From the NCBI GenBank assembly GCA_036172245.1, contig JAYWIR010000025.1:1426001-1490000 (forward strand): a DNA stretch of 64,000 bases, given 5' to 3'. Numbering within the stretch: the first letter of the stretch is position 1; the number at the start of each line of letters is the position of its first letter. Source of the DNA: Raillietiella orientalis. Lineage: Eukaryota. The notes under the pieces were generated by a model. That model ran no database searches and was not told the origin of the DNA. It saw only the letters and a program-made list of their open reading frames with translations. Below, piece by piece: positions 50,666 through 61,600 of this stretch. The position numbers and the translations under genes are program-made.

Positions 50666-53600
50666 TTGTTTCTGTGCACTACTTTTCCGAGGAATGCACA
50701 GCATTTAACATCTTAGTGAAATCAAACGGTTCCTATTTGGTTTCTTCCCATTTCTGACATGATTTTAATTGGAATAAGTGGGAAGTCTCTCGTGATGCTC
50801 AAAAAAAAAAAGGGTCAAGATCCCCTGATAGAAATGAATTAAAGGTTAGCAAAGGTTTTCGCCAAAGGGCCTTACTCTCGCTGATGTTGAGCAACCGTGC
50901 AAAAGACGAATGGTGAATTTCCCGCAAAATGAATACTGACTGATCGATGTCATCTCGTGCTTTTCCTTTCTAGATCTGCAACTGTGCGGATATAACTAGT
51001 TCCTTGGTTCCAAAATTGACCGGTTAGCTGACCTTGACCTGAGAAAACCGAGTGTCCAGGTCTTTTCGCGAGCAGGTTGTTTTGCATTACTTCACTCGTC
51101 AGCGCAGTGCCATGAAGCTGTGACAGAAAGAGAGGGGTCGTGTACTCCTTTTCCACATGGATGTTAGGACCATACACCCCTCCAGCACTTCTGGTGTGGG
51201 CTGCTGGTTTCTGCATTTCGAAGTCCTCCAGACGGATTCTGAGCCTGCGGGGCAATTGTGCTCGGAAAGTTCGTTTCTCCATTCATTCCGACAAGACTTA
51301 CTTTCCAAGTTTTTCGGCCTCCGACTTATACGGTGTTATTTTTCAAGCATGTATCGAATTCTCATCTCTATTTTCAAGATAAACTTAAGCATACAATTCA
51401 GTGTATTGCCATGTAAATGCATTTCTCGCATCGTAAAAACCACGGTCCATAATAATGAACAAAATCAGCATTTACGGTCCTTTAATCCCGATTTCCAATA
51501 CTGCCTGGCACAAATTAAGAGGTGGTCCAAAGCATTTTGTTTCCGGTGATCTTTGGAGAAATTCTGTTAGAATGGAAATATCTGTGACCATTTCTGTGTG
51601 ATCTGTTCGGAGCCAATCTTAGTTTTGGTGTCTGCCTAAGGAAGGTCGTCCGTTTTCAGCGCTTTTTACATATTATCTTTCCATTTTATGACCATTTTAT
51701 CTTGACTTTGCATTTGAAATTTTTGGCACCATTAACTCTGTGATCTTCTCCCTTGGTTTGAACAATTGTTTTCAGAGTCCACTTATTTGCAGTTAAGTTC
51801 TGCAGCACTAAGTCTAATATCGCGAGGTTGTTTTGTGTGTACACTTGTCTTAGAGACATCGTTATCTTTCCTTATGCTGCAAATTTAATAAACATACACG
51901 ATTTTTAATTCAATCTTCTCATAGTGTCCGGGCTGGCAATCAATTTCATATGACACTTGTACGATGACCAATTTGCCGTTCACGTGCCCTGATGCACTCC
52001 CGGTGTCATTCTCGTTTGTGGTGCTTCCTTCGTGAAGGCTTTGACGGTTCAAAACGGAATTATTGTGTACAATGGTGGCCTTTAGATATCCCCCGAAAGG
52101 GAAAAACGCAGTCGTGTTAAAAGTAACTGAGTCAGAACCAGTCTTTGACTTGGTGGTTTTTGCACAGTTGCTTACGTCAAGAGGCTGTGAGAACGCTGCC
52201 CACTGAAACACAGTGATGGTACGCTATAGGTAGTACTTAGTTACGAAAACAAAGTTATTCTGGAAAAGGCGCTTCTTCACTAACACATGTGTAGCACAGT
52301 GACACTGTTTAGGTGGTTCTCTTTGGTTTTCTAGAGCATACACCCTTTATTCTCTATAGGCACTGCCAATGGCATCACATCACAAGGTGCAGTGTCTATC
52401 ATCTTCTGCTGTGACGTCCTTATACCTACTCTGTGCACTCAGCAACATCCTTGGTCGATTTAAACTGAGCGGAGTGTTTGTGGTTTCCCTGGTCATGGAA
52501 TCTTCAAGCACACTGTATTATAAATGATTGCCCGGTTGTCCCATGTCATTTGATTAGGGCTCACGCACATCGGGTGTATAGTACAACATAGGTGCCGAGT
52601 TATCTCCCCACACATTATAAAAACTGCCATCCTTTGCAAAAATCCGCTCCGGGAATACACCCATTCCGTACCCCCTTCAGTTCACAGACTATTTTTTCGA
52701 CTTCATAGCACCAGCTTTGTGATGTACAGATCACCGAGCTGTTTTGCGTTGTCACTCACTCCGAGACTGCATCCATGAATCAACAGCACTATGACAACGG
52801 TAAACTGAATTTCCGATAGCACGGATTCTTTTATCTCCAGTTGCAGGTTATGTACCTGATTTTGAAGGCTCCAGGAATGCTGGTGAATTCGAATCTAAGC
52901 ACGACCTCAAATTACTAAATGACAACAGGCAAGTGTGGAACACTGGGTCCGACTCGTGAATCGTCAGTTCCTTCCATCGTACCATCCCTGGCTCTTCTAT
53001 TACATGGAAAGGGTTGAGCATCCTCCTCCACCGAGGCATCTTGAAGGTTTTCTTCTTCTTTTTTTTTTTTTTTTAATCAGCGTAGCTACTTTTTAATTAG
53101 ATTTGTTTGAGTGCCTGTCTGCGTGCACATAAAGCCATGTAATTCTGTTAGTTTATACACTTATGTTTGAGGGACCTCGCTCTAAGAGAACAGCGCTGCC
53201 GCTCTCTTCTTTAACAATACTAAAATTAGAAATGCATTTCTTCGGAAGCAGCATGAAGCATCGACTCAGTCTTAGATGGAACCGAACTAGATTACTGTTT
53301 TAAACACTTTTGAGAACCGTTAGAGGAAATGTTTACCCATTCCGTAGAATTAGATGAATTCATTACTGCTCGTTTCAATGCTCAAAGCACAATCCGAAAA
53401 CGAAGATCTACGGAGTCTGCTTTCGGTGAATCTGCCCGCCAATAATCCACTGTACCAATTTTCTTACTGCTACGTGAAACACATTTGGTTTCCGGGTGGC
53501 TGATATTTTGTTCGGCCGATAAAACGAAAAAAATGCATAATGATAGTGTATCTATTCCACTTTCTTATATCAGTATCTGTGGACTCCCCCCTTTCCCCCA

Positions 53601-54390
53601 GCCCCTGGATTAAGAACGTCCACTCCAAGTATTGATTTTCTCAGGATATGAGTGCTGAAAACAAATGTGTGGCTTCGAACACACACAAAGCCTTAAGCAA
53701 CAGAAACTTGCTCATGTTTCATACTTCACAGTTGAACATAACGTAATGACAAAATTCCAGCATAGTCAATGACTGCAAGATTCTGGAACACTTTCCAAGA
53801 TTCATTTCTGTCAAAAGTCAAAACACTGCGATCATGAAAAAAATTTCCTTATAGCAAAGAATAAAAGATCCGATAAAAAAATTCATAGATTCATTCACTC
53901 ATTCTACTGAACTGCTTTTGATTGCATCACCAGCTGATGCAGTTCTGAAACACATAATTTTCTCCATGAGTATATTTTGAAACGAATGTTTTGAACAAAA
54001 CGATGAAGAAAGTAAACACTAAACACTTGACACAAAAAAGAAAAAATTCTTCCCTTCAACACATCAAAGAGAGGGAATAGCGGCACTGTTGGAGGAAGCC
54101 ACCATGAAATCAAGCATAGAATAGGCATTCCACAACATTCCCCCAATCAATCCATTTTTATGAAGTCTACATGAACTTTACTTATATACATTCCATATCA
54201 GCAAACCAATCTGCAAGGAAATAAATCTGACATTTCAACAGCCTGGCAATCCACCCATCTCCAAACTAGTTAATGACAGCTAAACAATTTTAAGCAATGA
54301 ATGCTGACAAAATAAAATATGCATCATTTAATGAACATGGAATGCAATTCACCGGGCACAAATCTGTAGAGCACAATCTGGCCAAAAATC

Positions 54391-54682
54391 TCAAACTTTT
54401 TGTGACCTTTGCTTGCAAGGCTTAAAGAGATCATCAATTTCAGCAAAGAATAGAGGTAAGGCATCATCGATGATAGACATGTTGCCACAAGGTAACCTCA
54501 GTGTTTTTGATGACCAGCTTTTATGGAACTTAATCATACCATCTTTTGTAAGAAGATCAGTCTGCTTAAAAAACTTAAACAACTCTTCTGAGCTATCATA
54601 CTGCAGAGAGGAAGATAACATTTTCAAAGGATACTGACAGTTTACTGAGCTGTAGGCGGAGCTGAGAACTTGTACTGCTTTG
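54391..54682 (-). CDS. SAC3D1: SAC3D1-like terminal exon 5
   Basis: KAVQVLSSAYSSVNCQYPLKMLSSSLQYDS...QKV-stop. Acceptor ATTTAG at 54683; the frame joins track ORF 54391..54627. Confidence 0.8.
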
Positions 54683-55622
54683 CTAAATTACAAAATTTGC
54701 AGATCTGATTTTCTGAATCACACAAACCTTCTTAAAGTGGACAAATGTGGGTACAGGGCTAAGCAAGCAGAAGGAAACAGTTGTTTCATGTTACGGAAGA
54801 CAGAGACCCAGTTTCCCTGTCTGTTCGCCAAGCTTATCTTGAAAGAAGTTTGCAAATGAGGATGACATCGCAAATATTTGGGAAATTGAAGTACAGAATT
54901 CAAGGAAAACTCAAAATTTAAATGATGCAAAAGGAACAAGGAGACAACTTTGGCATTCAATGTAGATTCTACATCCATAAGCACCATTAACCGATCTAAG
55001 CATTCTTGTAGGTGCACAGTATTTAAGTGGTCATCATAATATTGACTGGTTGTGTTGCCAAACCTGGGAACCAATTTAGCAGTTGATTGTACAGACACTT
55101 GGATCTCACTTGTATTGAGAAAATAAATAGAATAAGGTTGCTCCAAGAAGAATCTTGCTGGCAACTTCTCCTTGCAAGTTCTGCATTACCAAATCCTTGC
55201 GAACTGCACGAATCCGGTCAAATAAAAAATCATAAATCAAATCATAAGACACATCTGGATTCTGCATAACTCTGAAATGATGATAAGGCAAACACTGTGC
55301 CTCATATACTTGCCTACCCAGCAAATACTGCATGCATTTGAAAAGAACCTCTGCTGGTCTGATCTCAGATGGATCTGATAAATCTTGACCTGCAGAAGAT
55401 CTCTTGTACTCTTTCACAACTTTATTTGGATCAGCTTCATAATGTGCTCCTTCTTTTCTCTCCAAAACATGAAGCATCCTGTGTGTCTCTCTCCTAAAAA
55501 CTGAACTTATTAACAAATAACACAACAGCAACCATTTACCAACACATTTCCTTTGTGGAACACATCTGCATGCAAGTTCCCTTGACAAAGGATGAATTGG
55601 AAGTTCTGCATTTATATGCCAT
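54391..55622 (-). CDS. SAC3D1: SAC3 domain-containing protein (SAC3/GANP family, SAC3D1-like), 5 coding exons, about 350 aa
   Basis: Manual splicing gives exons 55622-55540, 55493-55314, 55271-55110, 55063-54728 and 54682-54391, totalling 1053 nt with one open frame. The product contains SAC3/GANP motifs: VKGTCMQMCSTKE, RETHRMLHVLE, VVKEYKRSSAG, EIRPAEVLFKCMQYLL, YDFLFDRIRAVRKDLVMQ, HLNTVHLQECL, GNWVSVFR, VLSSAYSS. The short length and lack of an N-terminal extension favour SAC3D1 over MCM3AP/GANP. The start ATG at 55622 is tentative because an upstream exon is possible. Confidence 0.88.
54728..55063 (-). CDS. SAC3D1: SAC3D1-like exon 4
   Basis: FGNTTSQYYDDHLNTVHLQECLDRL...GNWVSVFRNMKQL...HLSTLR, in track ORF 54718..55164. 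Acceptor TTCCCAG at 55064 and donor GTTTGT at 54727. Confidence 0.85.
55110..55271 (-). CDS. SAC3D1: SAC3D1-like exon 3
   Basis: VMQNPDVSYDLIYDFLFDRIRAVRKDLVMQ...FYLFSQY. Acceptor TTTCAG at 55272 and donor GTGAGA at 55109. Confidence 0.88.
55314..55493 (-). CDS. SAC3D1: SAC3D1-like exon 2
   Basis: RETHRMLHVLE...KEYKRSSAG...IRPAEVLFKCMQYLLG, part of track ORF 55106..55588. Ends at a putative AG|GCAAGT donor. Confidence 0.85.
55540..55622 (-). CDS. SAC3D1: SAC3D1-like exon 1 (MAYKCRTSNSSFVKGTCMQMCSTKEMC)
   Basis: Encodes the GTCxxMC..E motif in a frame not shown in the ORF track. Followed by donor GTAAAT at 55539 and a 46-nt intron ending TTTTTAG at 55494. Confidence 0.75.
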
Positions 55623-58600
55623 TAAGCATTGCTTCAATACAATTACTCCATGGAAAAGGATGACTTTGGATAAGTAATAATGATTTTTACTTTTTTACGA
55701 TGATTTTTAATCCATGAAAGCATTTATCTGAATTGAATGAGACAAAACGATTATGAAAAAAACGGGGGGTTTTGGACATTGAACAAATATTTCCTACTTC
55801 ATTTGTTTGACACTATTTGAAAACTCTTGATTTAACTTTGAATACATTTCAGACAACATAAGATGAGAACGTCTCTTGGATAATGAAGCATTCAAACTCC
55901 ATTACCTTAAATTTGCTAACAAGACGAGGAATCTTACCGGTATTTTAACCCACCAGAGTATCTACAATTTAAATTTTGCAAAAGTGGCTGAATCCAAATG
56001 CTAAAATTCTAGAATGCATCACCACATGCATTCAATGATCAGTCAGCAAACAAATACTTTGCGACAAAAACCCGTTCATTATAGTATGGCATGCAAATGA
56101 ATTCACGCAACTGAATAAAAACAAAATGTTTACCATAAAAAACTCTGGTGGATTGGAAAATGCTATAAACTGTTTTTCAAATATGGAAACCAGGCATTTG
56201 CGTGCACGAGAGCTTGCAACATATGTTCAGCATTCCTTTTTTTTAAAAAAAAAATTTTGGCAGACAATTCCTGGTCTACTCGAATTTCCGGTTTCTAAAA
56301 CCGTTAAATTCACAACTTGAAAGTGGAGTTTGCAGAGAGGGAAGTTGATGGACATAGGATAACGGTGCCCGCCATGCTGAGGTGCCCGCCATGTTGTGTT
56401 CCAAGAGGAGGCTCAAGTGAGCCTCCTCTTGGAACACCAGTGCCCTAGAAAAATAGGGAACACCTATTCAAGAAGGGCTTTGCTTTATGAGGACATGATC
56501 CATGGCCCATACTTCACAAAACACTCATCTGGAGAAGAATCACAAACAGCGTCAGAAAGTTATCCTCAGGAAGTGATACAAGGTCTTCGTTGAAGTCAAG
56601 GGATGACATCCGTAGGATGGACTTTCACCGTCAGCAACATCTGTGGAGCTCTAAACCTAAGAAATCTGGAAGTAGAAACGCCCATCTCGTACATCGTCGT
56701 TTTGTCAGATCCAATTGAGATCAGACTTCAAAGACTAAGAAAACTTTTGTTTATACACACGGTCCCATGGAAATGAAAAGTTATTTATGCAAGCATCCAT
56801 CCATGCCGAATGAAAAGTTTCATTCTTAGGAAGCACTTTTGACGCTTCATTCTTAGTGGACCAAGCATTCAGGTAGTGTTGAGCTTTAGAATCTGGTTTG
56901 AATACTCAAACCATCTTTTGTTTTCATGATGGGAAGGCTCTGGTCAACTTTTCCATCTCATCTTGCACCGAGCAGCTCCAGCTTCTTCTTGCCAAGTCTT
57001 CAGACCACTAAAGGAATTTATAAAAGGCTCGTAGTGCTTTTTCTTCTTTTTTTTGTTTACATGAGGTCTTAGTGGGAGGTGAGGTCTTTGAAAGTCTTCG
57101 AAACCTTTTGGTTGTGACTGCTAACGTGCAATGAATTCAGCCACCATGGGTGAATCAAATTTGATCTTGGTTTGCTTTAAGAACTTCATGTATTTGTGGA
57201 TGCGTGGTTTATGTGGATATCATACCTTAAGTAACCGTTAGCCCATTTGCAAGTGCAACAGTAATTTCACACTGAAATTGCAATACATTATCGAACCTCC
57301 TGGTCAACGATTCTATTTGTAGCACCTTGGAAGCGGTCTTGATTGCATCTATCTTTGGGTGACGGACTCTTTATTTATTGCATGATCATGATTGATGGAA
57401 TCACTAAATATGCTTTATGTCTAGTTGAAAGTGTTTCATGGTTTTTCCTAAAGAACGAAGATGGATTACTTAAAGATTAATTATCAAAAATGTTTTGTAA
57501 TGCTGCTAATCATCATAGGTCAGAAGTCCTATCACGAATCATCTATTACCACAGCAAAGAATAAAGTGGTCCTTCGAGATTACCTTCATGGGACTCCATT
57601 TTCGAAGGTTACATTTTTGCAGTTCATGTATTCATTCGGTTTATACATTCTTTTCATGTATTCAGTTTTCAACGGTGTTTCTAATGCAAGGCAGGCTCTC
57701 GTAGTTGGAATCTATGACTTGTCTGCTGCTTCCAAATTTGTTTATTAGATACAGACATCATAGAGCAGTTGTGAAATAAAACTGTTTGTGGGGAGGAAAG
57801 AAGGCGTAGCAAATTCTGGAAAGACTGAATGTTCAGAAATGACATCAGAGGGAGAAAAACAAATAGGAATCTGATTTGGAAGGCATCTTCCTTGCCTTCA
57901 AAAACTAGGGACTTTTTGCTGTTGTGTGCCAGTTAGTAAAAAATGTGGATCAGTCTAAAAATCCTCTCAACTTTGAAGAACGTAACGAACGAATGTAGTT
58001 GTTCGAGACGGAAACTTCAGGGTCGGTACCATAAATGTGAGTGTACTGTTCAACCATGTAAACATTGCAAAAACGGAAAACAACTCTACAGTAACGTTAC
58101 GTTTCGTGCGTACCTATGAAAATTTAAATGAGAACTTGAAGGATCCTGACTCTTGGATTTCTGGTTGAGAGATAGCAAATTTTGTACACACTTGAGATCT
58201 CCTGCAGAAATAGTATTTCAACAAAAAAAGAAAATTCAGATCTCACCTCAAACTTCACCTTCTCAAAAACAGCTGAAAACTTTGGATATTATCATGTATC
58301 CAATATTATACTTATTAATTTTCATTATACTTATATTAATTAGAGTTCCGTTTCCTTATGTGCAAAAATCATTAACTTCCAGGATCTGTTTTTTTGATGA
58401 AAGAGTGTGGTTGACTGCATATAGAAGGATTGTAACAGCAGTACTCTTGTGCATTCGAAGGGAAAACGGAAACGTAACACCTTTACTAAAATAGTCAAAG
58501 AAAATGGATGCAGAGTGCAATTCTAGAGAAAATATTGTCGTCTTCTCAAGATTACACTTGAAAAATTTATTGTACATGAATTTAATTATTTCATGTATTT

Positions 58601-61600
58601 GCATATAAAATAATTGGACAGTCATACAGATCAAATGCTGCAATATAGCCTCCTCATACAAAAACGAGCGTTCTTACAGAAATGTGAAAACTCTCGTTTT
58701 CTTTCTATGCTTCCCCAAGACTTGCTCATACAATAAGTACTACAACTATTATTTGCGAATTTTCAAATGGCAGAGCAACTTTCGAAAAATTCCACGCACA
58801 GATCTACATTCAAGTCCAGAGTACTCTGGCCAAAGATGGTGAAGACCTGGTACTTCATTATTTTTTTCAAAAATGCCGTACTAAATAAATGCAATCAAAA
58901 AAAGGAAGCATACAAGACAGACATCTTTATTATCAGATGATGGCCGGAAATATTGCTGAGGGTCTTTCCGCCAAAATCAAGATGATGTCAATTTTCTACA
59001 AAGTGTCGAGCGAAGTAAGACTCCTCACAAGGTGATGCCGAACTGCATTTCGCAACAAAGTCCGGTCCAGAGTAAAAGATCAGTTCACTTTTTTCGACCA
59101 AGCCACCTGAATTCCGAAACCAAGTGAAGATGCCTCACACAATGAGGGCATACGAAAGTAGATGATGCCGAGTAGGAATGTTCGACAGAAACCACAAGCT
59201 GACTAATTATGCCATCCGTCTGCTCGAGGTACCGGAAACCAGTGGTCAAGGACGGCCCGAGTCCACAGACGACTTTTCGAGTCTGGAGGATGGTGGAGCA
59301 CGGGAGTGGTTGGACGAAGGAGGTCGCATGCGATTGCCGCAGCTAGCTCTGCGGCGGCAATCTTCCGCGGAGCAAGCAACAGATGGGATCGTCTTCGCAC
59401 GTCCTGGGGAGGAAGATTGCGTTCCGGACGATGCGCTGAAGACTTCGCGCCGAATCGAAGTGACGGCCGTGGCTCCTGCAGGCAGATCGTTTCAGGTCTG
59501 GCGAAATCCTCGTTCTCTCCGACAGCTTGCCTTTCCGGCTCTCCTGTCTCCTGAATTTCATTTGGGTGGCGGGTGGGTGGTTGCAGTGCTTGCCTTGGTA
59601 ACGCGGATTCGCTCGCAAGTGCATAGAAGGGGTTGCGGAGAGAGAGATGCTGGCGTGTAAGGCTCCCTGTGCCTTCCTTGAACAGTTGGGCTTGAAGTGA
59701 CGGTACTTTTCCACTCATCATGAAAAAAACGATCGCACTGAGCTGAGTCACCCGAGGCGAACAAGTGAATCCGCAGGGGGAAAGGTTTTTGAAACTTGGA
59801 TGTGAACCCTCTCAAAAAGGGGGCACGAGTGAGTGGGTGAGTTTGCACAGACTTTGGCAACTCTCAATGCATCACGAGGGGAGCTGCGAGAATGTAGAAG
59901 ACCGGAGTACAAGGGGAAATTCTGAATCAAGAAAAGGAAACATTGGTTCACATTCGTGTTTATGGTAGCCCACGAATCTAAATCTACCGTGACCTCGAGG
60001 ACGCGAGTGCCTTGCTGCCTTCCCACGTGTTTTTCTTTTACTTCAAGGGAGCGGACTAACCAACAGCTTTCTTGCACACGAATTCTGATAAGAGGACACA
60101 CCGAGCGGATCCATAAATCTCAGTGCAGAGCAAACTCTTTTGAAACGTGGAATTTCCATCATGGAATCGTCAAATTTGTGTAGTCAGCTGACTTAAGGAA
60201 CGGAGCACGATTGACTGTCTCTGCTCTATCTCTGCAAAAATCACATGTTTGAAATTTGGAGAAGCATCCTTTTTGTCTTTCGTGTTCTTATTTCAGAAAT
60301 GCCCGGAATCCTGTATAAGGAAGATAAATAGCTTTCACGGAACCAAAAGGTAACAGCTACCCAGAGCAAGTCGATGCAGCGTGTGTTCCAAAGTGAGAAC
60401 AGTGGTTTATTTTTCCCAGATAATCCGAGTTAAATGGAAACAAAGAACAGAAGATCAAAAAGGAACGATCAAAAATTAAAAGCACAGCGCTGCACAGCTC
60501 TTTCCATGGCAACGGTTCGAATAACGGTTGACCATTCGGCTACAGTCTTCTCGACGATTTCGAAAAGAAGCACAATCGTTCGCTGAACATTAGTTTCTAT
60601 TAAAAATCAATCTTGGAAGGGCAAAAACTTCCCCGAGAGATGTATGCATCCAATGGAGGACCCACCGAATCGAATAGAGAGCGTATGAAAAAGTCCCAAA
60701 ACATTCCTAAAAAAAAAAAAAAAGATAATTCCCGAATGCAGATTCTCTCAGTAGGATACGGATGCTGAGCGGCAGAGAATATCGTAAACAAAAAAACCGC
60801 AGAAAATGATTCTGTTTCATAATGGACATTTCATTTCATCGTGAATTCGTGGATGGATTGGAATTTGCCGATTTAGATCAAAATTCCGGTTCACAAGTTC
60901 CAGTTTCGAAAAATGGACTTCAGGCAGCTCTTGTAATACAATCTCTGATTCTACGAACTCGCATCTAATGATCTTCGTTTGAAAAGTCCTTCTTTTCTGC
61001 ATTTCTTGCTCATTACACAAGGAATGGAATGAAGATTTCTCTAGAGTACCATGTGCAGAGGATGGGAAGATACGTCACTGGATAGCACCATCTTTCTTGA
61101 TTAAATGCGGAGATCTTTCCGTGATTTGAAGGAAGTCTTTAGCGCCAGTGAGGATTCGGGGTCGAATGATTAGACGTTCGTTTCAAGCTAGAGCTGAACG
61201 CTTTTCAGCGCCATGTGATGGCACTGAAAGCTTTCGTGATACAGTCAGTTTCCCTCGTCAGTACTTTTGGAATTTCCGTAATATGCATGAATTACCCTTC
61301 TTGGTCTCGGTTTCCATGATCCAGGGGCTGCCCTGTCTGCTTCTTCAGGATCGTGGGTATGTGGTTGGGGTGGTGTAACCATGAGTACGCATATGCACTG
61401 TCCATACAACGAGTAGAGCTGGCAGACGGATCCTTTTCCGGATTGACTGCTTAAGGGTGGGGTGGAAGACTTTTGTCCTCAAGCGTTTCCGTTTTACCGA
61501 ATGCCACGAGTTCCGAAAGGTGTTCCTACATTTTGGAGCATCAGTCCTTTGACGGCGGATGAAAGTCGAGCGAGCCACTGAATGTGGATCCTATCGGTAA

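Noticed and set aside
49827..50716. Duplicated small ORFs on opposite strands as a gene pair
   Set aside because: They are an artefact of the inverted repeat, with no domain or splice support.
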